Source: Nitrospirota bacterium (GTDB lineage Bacteria > Nitrospirota > UBA9217). Taken from it: a stretch of 64,000 nucleotides of DNA. The DNA lies in contig CAWBNQ010000008.1 of the NCBI GenBank assembly GCA_963790205.1, positions 96,001 to 160,000 on the forward strand, read 5' to 3'. Made by a program: the position numbers and the translations under genes. Below are positions 20,046 through 28,062 of the stretch, one piece after another. Under the pieces are notes generated by a model. That model worked only from the letters and a program-made list of their open reading frames with translations. It ran no database searches and was not told the DNA's origin. Numbering within the stretch: the first letter of the stretch is position 1; every line of letters begins with the position of its first letter.

Positions 20046-20276
20046 ATGGACATGGCACAGCAAAGACTTTTGTTACAGCGCAGCACGGGCAGGATCTACG
20101 TTTGGAACGAGCCGTTTTCCAAACAGGAAGACATGATGGAGTATAACGGTCCGGTCCCTGAAGGTGGCCGTATCTCGCCAGATGAACTGAAAAAGATCAT
20201 CGCTGAGTCAAAAAGTGATTTTAGAGCCATTTCCACCGATGGCCAGGAAAAATATTTCGGGCGCATGGTCTGTTAA
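20046..20276 (+). CDS. Small phage-like hypothetical protein
   Basis: ORF in the operon; STGRIYVW...DMMEY motif. Confidence 0.5.
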   Translation: MDMAQQRLLLQRSTGRIYVWNEPFSKQEDMMEYNGPVPEGGRISPDELKKIIAESKSDFRAISTDGQEKYFGRMVC

Positions 20277-20307
20277 TTTTGATATTTCATCTCTATGGGG
20301 TGATGCA

Positions 20308-20820
20308 ATGAAGACCTTCGGATTAGCGGTCAGGGAGTATCAGATAGGGGTCTTGCGCCGGGCACAAGATGACCTTGCAAAACCAAAGGCTAGCGGGTTC
20401 AACCTACCGGCGGATGTAGCCATTGAACTGGATGAGATCGTTGGCAGGATTTCTATGATCATCAAACGCATGGAGGACCAGCCGGAGCTTGAGGGCACAG
20501 CTCCAGGCTACCCGACTTCAATCCAGGGCGTTCTCGACGATGCACGAGCAAAACTTATGCGAGCAGTAACGGAGCATAACTTTAATATCGCCAAGGACTA
20601 CGCGCTGTGCATCGAGAGCGCCATGCAGAGTGTTTCTATGGCCGCAACAACTTGCGGGTGCCCTACTGATTGTTTTGACGACGCAGCAGCATTTGCGCAC
20701 CGTGCGCACGGCGTCAGCACTCAACCAGAGTTTGGAGATTTAATGCTCAGTGCAGTTGACTCGTTTAATTCAGGCTTAAAAGCCTTGGATGCTTGTTCCC
20801 ATAGAGCCGAAGAGTCCTAA
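20308..20820 (+). CDS. Hypothetical protein
   Basis: ORF with GGGGTG RBS; helical; no recognised family. Confidence 0.5.
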   Translation: MKTFGLAVREYQIGVLRRAQDDLAKPKASGFNLPADVAIELDEIVGRISMIIKRMEDQPELEGTAPGYPTSIQGVLDDARAKLMRAVTEHNFNIAKDYALCIESAMQSVSMAATTCGCPTDCFDDAAAFAHRAHGVSTQPEFGDLMLSAVDSFNSGLKALDACSHRAEES

Positions 20821-20886
20821 GCCTTCGGTGCGACGTTAACTTGACAGAGTAAGGGCGATGATCATGCCCGAAAAGGAGGGAGAAAA

Positions 20887-22242
20887 ATGGCAGAACCGAT
20901 GGAAGATCTCGACAAGGTGAAATACCCCGCAGGGATTAAAAACACCAACTTAGCGAAGGGTATGGTGGATCTCGGCGATACGCTGGGTCATACCGCACGG
21001 GCCGGCCTGCGGGCGCTCCCCGATGTCGGCGGCATGGCACTCAATACAGCGGCTGCCGTTGGTGCCGGTGCGGCCAACATGGGAAACGAAGCCCTCGGGA
21101 AGGCCACGGGGTATAAATTCAAACCGCTTGAGTATCAGCCGTATAAAACTGATTACACGGCGCCGGCCTTGGCTGATGCCAAACGCTCGGGCTTGCGTTT
21201 GATGCGACGCATGGGCATGACGCCCGTGCCGGCTGAGAGTGCGGTGCCGTATTCTCAGCCCGGCCACCCGGCGGCACTGCCGTTGCCAAAAACTACTGCA
21301 GTGCCACCGCAGAAGCCTGTCGCACGAGACAGACAGGGCGGGACATTCACCTATAACGGCAAGACCACCGCTGTCCCCAAGTCCACCATGACCGCCGAAG
21401 ATGCCAGTGCTCAGTATGCAAAGAACACAGCCATGCCCGAAGGCTGGGTGTGGGACCCCAAAAGCTATACGGCCATCAACTCCAAGACCGGCGCAACCTT
21501 TGACCCTCGGGGCGGCAAAACCACGCTGCCGAAAAACAGATGGTTTGGCCCCGACGGCAAGCCGATCATGTCGGACATCACCGATGACCAGGGCAATGTC
21601 GTGGGCAGGCGGCCCATGGTGCAGGAAGGGACCGCGGACGAACTCGACGCCCAGGCGCGGCGGGGCGGCAGTGCAATGCCGAGCCTTGATTACAGCAGCC
21701 CCGCAAATCTTTTATCCTCCGCCATGCCTATGGCCATGAATGTCGGACGGGCGAGACAGGAGGCCATTCAGCGACACCTGAATAACGAGGAGCTTCAGAG
21801 AAAGTGGGGCGTCAATTTCGATCTCATAAAAGCCGGCATGGCGCAACAGCTACAGCCTTACCAGGTTGCAAAGATGAAGGCCGAGACCGATAAGGACAAG
21901 GCACTGGCAGAGGCTGTTGGTGCTAAAGGCCAAAAACTTGATACCGAACAGCGCAAGTTTTTGATTGACCAACTTGAATTACACCCCACGCATTTCGGAC
22001 TCCCAAAGCCTAAAGATGCAGATGAGGCCACAAAAGCGGCATATAATAAACAGGTCACTGATTTATACTGGAAGATCATAAATGGCGAGTGGAGCGGCCC
22101 TGGCGGTGGCGGGCGTGCTGAGGTCGAAGCCGCAACGCCTGCAACTCCCTCTGGGCAGATGCCGAAAAAGGGAGAGACTAAAACTCTGAGCGATGGTCAG
22201 ACAAAGATAATCTTTAAGGACGGGAAGTGGCAGAGGGCATAA
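20887..22242 (+). CDS. Putative internal virion / DNA ejection (pilot) protein
   Basis: Ala/Gly/Pro/Met-rich low-complexity 451 aa protein; Gly-rich N-terminal helices; C-terminal GETKTLSDGQTKIIFKDGKW; AGGAGG RBS. Confidence 0.45.
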   Translation: MAEPMEDLDKVKYPAGIKNTNLAKGMVDLGDTLGHTARAGLRALPDVGGMALNTAAAVGAGAANMGNEALGKATGYKFKPLEYQPYKTDYTAPALADAKRSGLRLMRRMGMTPVPAESAVPYSQPGHPAALPLPKTTAVPPQKPVARDRQGGTFTYNGKTTAVPKSTMTAEDASAQYAKNTAMPEGWVWDPKSYTAINSKTGATFDPRGGKTTLPKNRWFGPDGKPIMSDITDDQGNVVGRRPMVQEGTADELDAQARRGGSAMPSLDYSSPANLLSSAMPMAMNVGRARQEAIQRHLNNEELQRKWGVNFDLIKAGMAQQLQPYQVAKMKAETDKDKALAEAVGAKGQKLDTEQRKFLIDQLELHPTHFGLPKPKDADEATKAAYNKQVTDLYWKIINGEWSGPGGGGRAEVEAATPATPSGQMPKKGETKTLSDGQTKIIFKDGKWQRA

Positions 22243-22431
22243 ACCTCCGTCACCTCAGTAGGACCGTAATCGTTTCGGTCATACGTGCGGACAGAAAGGC
22301 TGTAAGTATTTGAATTTCAAAAGGCGGATATCCCCCACTGGATTCCAAATCCAACGGGGTCGAGGAGGTAGTGTCTCAGTTTGAATTATTTCACCGTTGA
22401 ACCTGGGGCCGGACTATGCTATTATCTGGTC

Positions 22432-23244
22432 ATGCCAAAAGGACCGCAAGGACAGAAGAGGCCCGCTGATGTTATCGGGGCCGCAATAAAGATCGCTCGG
22501 ATCGCGGACGTTTCGATCAACACGGTGACGAAGCTGCTTGTAGACGCCGGGGAAGCGTCTGCGGCCTATCATAACGAGCATGTGAAGGGGCTACAGGTCA
22601 AGCGCGTCCAGGCCGATGAGATATGGAGTTTCGTTTATTCCAAGGACAAGAACGTACCGAAAGACAAAGAGGGCGAGTTCGGCTATGGCGACGTATGGAC
22701 CTTTACAGCGATTGATGCTGATTCAAAATTAATAATATCCTGGCATGTCGGCAGTAGGGACTTGGAAAACGCCACGATGTTTATGCATGACGTAGCATCA
22801 AGGCTTGCTAACCGCGTCCAGCTTACCACAGACGGGCATAAGATGTACTTGGACGCTGTTGAGAGTGCTTTCGGTTCTGAGGTTGATTTTGCACAGCTTG
22901 TGAAGATATACAGGAGTGTGTCGAGTAAAGAAACGCGGTATAGTCCGGCTAAATACGTTGGCGCAGAGAAAACCAAGATCACCGGGAACCCCGATAAGAG
23001 GGACGTATCTACATCACACGTTGAACGGCAGAACCTTAACATGCGCATGGGTATGCGCCGATTTACCCGGCTGACGAACGCTTTCTCAAAGAAACTGGAA
23101 AACCACTACCATGCGCTTTCGCTCTATTTCATGTTTTATAACTTTGTCAGGATTCACAAAACGCTTAGTGTAACTCCGGCTATGTCAGCGGGGTTAACCG
23201 ATCATCTTTGGACCATGGAGGATATTGTTGATTTAATCCGATAA
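22432..23244 (+). CDS. IS1-family DDE transposase with chimeric N-terminus
   Basis: [22 protein letters not shown] and [25 protein letters not shown]. Confidence 0.85.
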   Translation: MPKGPQGQKRPADVIGAAIKIARIADVSINTVTKLLVDAGEASAAYHNEHVKGLQVKRVQADEIWSFVYSKDKNVPKDKEGEFGYGDVWTFTAIDADSKLIISWHVGSRDLENATMFMHDVASRLANRVQLTTDGHKMYLDAVESAFGSEVDFAQLVKIYRSVSSKETRYSPAKYVGAEKTKITGNPDKRDVSTSHVERQNLNMRMGMRRFTRLTNAFSKKLENHYHALSLYFMFYNFVRIHKTLSVTPAMSAGLTDHLWTMEDIVDLIR

Positions 23245-23432
23245 AAAATCAAATCACATTTGACTGTTTTTTATAATTAGTTGAAATTGCTTATTATTTG
23301 GAAGGTGTGCCAGCACTTTTTTTCTTGCAAAACGTACTTTCTACCTGTTATACTGCGTTCACTCACCTGAGCCCGTTCGTCTCGTCTATCCCGTTTAACG
23401 CTATTTATGCTATTATAGAAGAAAGAGAAGAG

Positions 23433-23792
23433 ATGTTACAACAACATACTTTTGCCGAGAAAAATATGATTTGCACAATGGGTTCAGAAGTAATGGGAGT
23501 GCAAAACAGAATATTACATATTGATATTCCGCTATATGTTCATGCATTGCTCAAGTATTTACAAAGTGCCAAGCAGATTGTCGGCATATCGAGAGTTGCC
23601 TATCTTGTAAGTGGGAATACAATATTTATTCGCACATACTTCAACGGTCCAAATAGAGAAATTTCAGATAAGATTTATGAACTAGAAATGGAACTAATGG
23701 ATCATTTCAGAGATACTTTGAGATTTGATTTCGTCCTTGTCTTCGACCCAGAAGAAACAAATCCCTCCGGATTTAGCGCTGAATATTTTTAA
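23433..23792 (+). CDS. Hypothetical protein, possible degenerate MNT-like partner of the HEPN protein
   Basis: AT-rich IS passenger directly upstream of the HEPN-like gene; KIYELEMEL...FDF. Confidence 0.5.
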   Translation: MLQQHTFAEKNMICTMGSEVMGVQNRILHIDIPLYVHALLKYLQSAKQIVGISRVAYLVSGNTIFIRTYFNGPNREISDKIYELEMELMDHFRDTLRFDFVLVFDPEETNPSGFSAEYF

Positions 23793-23798
23793 CAAATA

Positions 23799-24158
23799 AT
23801 GTCAAATGAGAAAGCACATCTCGCCAAAGCTGTAAGGAACGAGGAGTTCTATGAGAACGTGCTTGAACTTAACAGTGATTGGGCAGTAGTGGGCTTATTT
23901 TATTCAGCCGTCCACTATATAGAGGCTTACTTGGCAAAACGTCTGTCTATACATAGCGATAACCATGAAGACAGAAAAAACTATGTAAACCAATTTTCAA
24001 ATTTGAAACCTATCTATAAAGAGTACAGCGAGTTACAGAATCTTAGTTGGGGTATACGATATAGCAGTTTAAATCCAACTAGAGATAAGGCATTAGAGAT
24101 TAAACGTGATGTTTACGACCCCATAAAAACCCACATGGAAAAACTCTTAAAACAGTAG
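23799..24158 (+). CDS. HEPN-domain-like protein
   Basis: HLAKAVRN, WAVVGLFYSAVHYIEAYL, H..R and IRY helical-bundle motifs. Confidence 0.7.
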   Translation: MSNEKAHLAKAVRNEEFYENVLELNSDWAVVGLFYSAVHYIEAYLAKRLSIHSDNHEDRKNYVNQFSNLKPIYKEYSELQNLSWGIRYSSLNPTRDKALEIKRDVYDPIKTHMEKLLKQ

Positions 24159-24306
24159 TGCCTTTGCCTTGGTTTTCTCCCTTCCTCGGATATAACTCAA
24201 CCAATTCCACTTTATTGGTTAATTATTATCCAATATCTTACTTTATTTCAAACTGAGACACTACCAATAATTTGTATGGTTCTATTACCCATTGCCAGAA
24301 CTCCCC

Positions 24307-24939
24307 CTATAGGCCGAACTGCAACCGAGCCACAGCGTCGATCTTCTTTTCGTCAGATGTATGACAGTAAACCTCCGTAGTACGTATGTGCGCGTGGCCC
24401 AGGAGCTCCTGCACGGTCCTGAGATCCACGCCCTTGTCCAGGAGAGACGTTGCAAAGGTGTGGCGCGTCGTGTGCGGTGTGATCCGCTTCGTGAGCAGCG
24501 CGCCCTTCTTCACCCGCCTCATAAGGCAATCAACGGCCTTGGGCGTGAGCGGCGCCGGCTGGGTGTTCCCGCGCTCACCCAGGGTGAAGAAGAGTGGCCG
24601 GGCCGCGGGCTCGGTTGACTTTGGCGGGCGATGACGGAAATCGGCGTTCTTCAGCGACTTCTGGTAATCAAGGACCGCCTCCATGACCTTACCCGTGAGG
24701 GCAACGCGGCGCTGCTTCTGTCCCTTGCCGATCACGTCGACAACGGTCTGATTCCGATACGTGGTCAGGTTCTCGATGCAGAGGCTGCACACCTCGGCCT
24801 TTCTGAGGCCCGAGGAGAGCATAAGGAGTAAGAGGGCATAGTCACGTCTGCCTTTGAGGGTCCGCCGATCCGGGACCCGGAGGAGAGCTTTTACTTCATC
24901 CGCGGCCAAAAACTCTGAGGGTCTTTTTATCGTACCCAT
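24307..24939 (-). CDS. XerC-like tyrosine recombinase (catalytic domain only)
   Basis: SGLRKAEV, GKGQKQR, HTTRHTFAT and LLGHAHIRTTEVY: complete R-K-H-R-H-Y set. Confidence 0.92.
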   Translation of the reverse strand: MGTIKRPSEFLAADEVKALLRVPDRRTLKGRRDYALLLLMLSSGLRKAEVCSLCIENLTTYRNQTVVDVIGKGQKQRRVALTGKVMEAVLDYQKSLKNADFRHRPPKSTEPAARPLFFTLGERGNTQPAPLTPKAVDCLMRRVKKGALLTKRITPHTTRHTFATSLLDKGVDLRTVQELLGHAHIRTTEVYCHTSDEKKIDAVARLQFGL

Positions 24940-25004
24940 TGTTCTACCTCGTTTTCTTTTTCATTGTTATGGCTATAACTCACAACTAGTGCTCAGCCCC
25001 AATC

Positions 25005-25328
25005 TTATGCGGCTTTAACTTTTTGCTTTTTTCTGCATTGGCATTTCGACATCCTTAAAGCGTATAAACCTTCAAAGGCGAGGCCTTCTCCCATATCAAT
25101 ACCGGCCGCATAGGCTTCCAGAGCAGAGAGTGTGCCGATACGACGTGCAAAGTCTTCCTGCATGGGAAGTGTAGTATTAGAAATTTTCCTGAGGCGAACT
25201 TGTGCGCATTTCCTTGGATTATTCAACCCCCATTCCTCGTTATAGCGATTGAAACGGGCGCGGATTAGCTTGTGAATCCGGGCAGCAAATAGAAGGTCAT
25301 TCTTTGTAATTTCCTTTTTCGTTTTCAT
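25005..25328 (-). CDS. Hypothetical protein
   Basis: AAGGAGG RBS; between the Phd-like gene and the recombinase. Confidence 0.6.
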   Translation of the reverse strand: MKTKKEITKNDLLFAARIHKLIRARFNRYNEEWGLNNPRKCAQVRLRKISNTTLPMQEDFARRIGTLSALEAYAAGIDMGEGLAFEGLYALRMSKCQCRKKQKVKAA

Positions 25329-25341
25329 CGGTAATCCTCCT

Positions 25342-25518
25342 TTATTTTTTTTTTGGCTTCACGATCTCAAATTCTTCTTCATTCACCGGACTGATGACTA
25401 CTGCAGGTTGACCGTTCACAGTAACCACGACCTGCCGCCCGGTTCGCTTCACCTCGGCCACAATCGCCGTTGCCTTGGCCTTAAATTCCGTTATGGTCAC
25501 AAACTTGATGGGGCTCAT
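25342..25518 (-). CDS. Phd/YefM-family antitoxin / DNA-binding protein
   Basis: VTITEFKAKATAIV...VVVTVNGQPAVVI; AGGAGG RBS. Confidence 0.85.
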   Translation of the reverse strand: MSPIKFVTITEFKAKATAIVAEVKRTGRQVVVTVNGQPAVVISPVNEEEFEIVKPKKK

Positions 25519-25557
25519 TCGCTCACCTCCTTTTATAAGGACTTCTTTTTCATGCTG

Positions 25558-25595
25558 ATAGTCTGTATTATAGTCTTTAAACAGACTATTGTCAA
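25558..25595 (-). promoter_or_regulatory. Consensus sigma70 promoter with overlapping palindromic operator
   Basis: TTGACA (25595-25590), 17 bp spacer, TATAAT (25572-25567); ATAGTCTGT/ACAGACTAT inverted repeat. Confidence 0.85.
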
Positions 25596-25700
25596 GTAAA
25601 GAAAAAGCCCGGCTGTATGACCGGGCTTGCGCTGCGGGGAGACTGCGGGGAGAATCAGAAGTCATTCCCCGATGTAACTCATTGAAATTCTAAAAAAGAA

Positions 25701-25799
25701 TGGCGGGAGAGCATGAGAATCGAACTCACCTCACCGTGCTCACGCACGGCGACAGCGGCTTTGAAGGCCGGGACGGGCACCAGCTCCGTAACCTCTCCC
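25701..25799 (-). tRNA. selC: tRNA-Sec (anticodon UCA)
   Basis: Reverse complement reads GGGAGAG...CTTCAAA...long variable arm...TTCGATT...CTCTCCCGCCA; selA and selB are nearby. Confidence 0.93.
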
Positions 25800-25956
25800 T
25801 CATGTATGGCTCACCTGGAACTTGAAGATTGGAAACTGGAAAATGAGCACCGGATGTCCGGTGTTGATTTCAGGCGGTATTGGTGTTGATTATACTCAAG
25901 ACTCAACTGATTGGCAACAGTAAATTATTTTTTTGCGGCAAATGAGCTTCCTCGAA

Positions 25957-27972
25957 TCATCCCTTCTCCGCGTCCTGCTTCTTCTCGTGCTCGTGTGTTG
26001 TTTTCGTCAACAGGTTCACCGCCCCGTCGAGGTCCCGATGGGCGCCTATCAGCACGACGATGTCGTCGGGCTCGAGCCTGAAGTCCGGGCCGGGATTGGT
26101 ATTCGCCTCGCCGTTTCTCGCAATTGCGATGACCGTGGCTCCCGTGTTCTTTCGGATGTCGAGTTCCCGCAGGGTTCTGCCTGCAGCCGGGGAATCTGCC
26201 TGGAGTTGAATGTTGTCCACCGTTGCGCCTGCAAAAAGCGCTGCAACACGTCCGACGTTCTCCTGGTCCAGGGACAGTCCCCGAAGCATTTTATAGCCTT
26301 CGAAGCGGACGAGCTGAACCTGATTGGCGATAATGTTGCTCGGGATGTGATACTCGTGGAGCACGCGCGAGAATATTTCGACGGAGGTCTCGAACTCTTC
26401 GGGGATCACCTGGTCAGCTCCGAGCCGGTAAAGCTCATCCACTTCTGCGGCGTACCGGGTGCGGACGAGTATAAAGATGGCGCTGTTAAGCTGTCTCGAC
26501 TGGCGTACGGCCATCCGGGTCGCGTTGTAATCCGATATGGCGAAGACGATGGCCTTTGCGCATTCAACACCGGCGCGCTGGAGCACGTCCATTCGCGTGA
26601 TGTCTCCGTAGATAAGAGGTTCTCCCTCTTCCCGCGCCTTGCGGATGGTATCGGCGTTCACCTCGAGCACCACGTAGGGAATATGCGTGGCCTTGAGCGT
26701 TTTTGCCAGGTTCCTGCCGTTTAAACCGTAGCCTGCGATGATCGTATGTCCCGTGAGCGAGCAGGCGTCTTCCTTTTCCTTGGGCCGGCCCGAGATTGCC
26801 GGAAGTTTGGCGGTGAGCCACGGCCCGGCCTGGATGATGAAGGGAGTGGCGAGCATGCTCAGGATGGAAGCGTTGATGAAGGTCTGAAAAACGTCGTTGC
26901 TCATCAGCTTGTGATCAAGTCCCTGCTGTGCAAGAAGGAAGGAGAATTCGCCGACCTGCGCCAGGCCGAGGCCCGCGAGCAGGGCGCTCCGGATGGGATA
27001 GCGGAGCGTTTTCGCGGTGATGACCACCAGCCCGGTTTTTATGAGTGCCAGCATCACGGTAAGAAAAAGAAGCAGGGGCCAATGCATCCTGAAATAATCG
27101 GTATGGAGCAGCATACCGATGGAGATAAAGAAGATGCTCGCAAAGTAATCCCGAAAAGGCATGATCTCGGCCACGATGTGGTGGCTGTATTCCGATTCGG
27201 AGATGATCAGCCCGGCAAGAAAAGCGCCGAGCGCGAGCGACAAACCGAGGCTGAAGGTGACCCACGCCGCGCCGAGACAGAGGAGTACGACGAGGAGGAA
27301 GAACATCTCCCGGTTCTTGAGTCGGATGACCTGATGGAGCAGGAAGGGCACGACCCGACGGGCGGAGAAATAGACCGCAATAAGACCCAGCACGGCCTTG
27401 CTCAGGGAAATGAGCACCGAGAGCGGGGTGACTTCCCCGGCCGCGCTCGCTTCTCCGAGCACCGGCAGGAGGAGCATCATAGGAACGACGGCGATGTCCT
27501 GGAACAGGAGGATGCCGGTCGAAAGCTTCCCGTGGGCCGTGTCGAGCTCGGCGCGGTCCGAGTACATCTTGAGGACAATGGCCGTGCTGCTCAAGGACGC
27601 AAGAAATCCGAAAAATACCGCCTGGGGCAGGGGGAAGCGGAAGAGGAGGGAAAGTCCTGTCACTGCCGCTAGGGTCAGAAGGACCTGAATCCCTCCACCG
27701 ATCAGAAACTGACGGCCTGATTTCAGGATATCTTCAATGGAGAATTCGAGCCCTACGGTGAACAAGAGAAGGACCACGCCCATGTCCGCGAGCCGCTCGA
27801 CCACCCGGGTCTCGGTAATAATGGCCGCGCCATGGGGCCCGATGAGAACCCCGGTGATCAGGAACCCGACGAGCGCAGGCACCTTTACCCGATGAAAGAT
27901 ATAGGTGATCGGGAGCGATACGGCAAGCAGGATAATGAGCTCCCGCAGTATGGTGGCTTCCTGTTGCTGCAT
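25957..27972 (-). CDS. CPA2/Kef-type cation:proton antiporter with TrkA-N and TrkA-C domains
   Basis: GVVLLLFTVGLEFS, LSSTAIV, LLFQD, LAQVGEFSF and GYGLNG. Confidence 0.92.
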   Translation of the reverse strand: MQQQEATILRELIILLAVSLPITYIFHRVKVPALVGFLITGVLIGPHGAAIITETRVVERLADMGVVLLLFTVGLEFSIEDILKSGRQFLIGGGIQVLLTLAAVTGLSLLFRFPLPQAVFFGFLASLSSTAIVLKMYSDRAELDTAHGKLSTGILLFQDIAVVPMMLLLPVLGEASAAGEVTPLSVLISLSKAVLGLIAVYFSARRVVPFLLHQVIRLKNREMFFLLVVLLCLGAAWVTFSLGLSLALGAFLAGLIISESEYSHHIVAEIMPFRDYFASIFFISIGMLLHTDYFRMHWPLLLFLTVMLALIKTGLVVITAKTLRYPIRSALLAGLGLAQVGEFSFLLAQQGLDHKLMSNDVFQTFINASILSMLATPFIIQAGPWLTAKLPAISGRPKEKEDACSLTGHTIIAGYGLNGRNLAKTLKATHIPYVVLEVNADTIRKAREEGEPLIYGDITRMDVLQRAGVECAKAIVFAISDYNATRMAVRQSRQLNSAIFILVRTRYAAEVDELYRLGADQVIPEEFETSVEIFSRVLHEYHIPSNIIANQVQLVRFEGYKMLRGLSLDQENVGRVAALFAGATVDNIQLQADSPAAGRTLRELDIRKNTGATVIAIARNGEANTNPGPDFRLEPDDIVVLIGAHRDLDGAVNLLTKTTHEHEKKQDAEKG

Positions 27973-28062
27973 GGTTGCTATGATAGCATATTCCGCCTCT
28001 TTATGGGAGGAGAGGCCTGATGCCGAGGCGGCGTTGACAGTTCTTTTTACTCAGTGATATCT

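Larger units (their letters stand above)
22367..24265. mobile_element. IS1-family insertion sequence with passenger genes (internally deleted)
   Basis: 19 bp perfect terminal IRs GGTAGTGTCTCAGTTTGAA (22367-22385 and 24247-24265); no target duplication visible. Confidence 0.9.
12399..25724. mobile_element. 13.3 kb integrative element (phage-satellite-like or reduced prophage) in tRNA-Sec
   Basis: 24 bp direct repeat TGGCGGGAGAGCATGAGAATCGAA at 12399-12422 and 25701-25724 (tRNA 3' end); integrase, primase, helicase and TerS-like genes inside. Confidence 0.92.

Noticed and set aside
22332..22360. Hairpin CTGGATTCCAAATCCA resembling a tRNA anticodon arm
   Set aside because: No D arm, T arm or acceptor stem around it; too short to call.
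24307..24939. This recombinase as the integron integrase for the attC array, or as chromosomal XerC/D
   Set aside because: It lacks an evident IntI-specific insertion and the N-terminal binding domain, and it lies inside the selC element 12 kb from the array.
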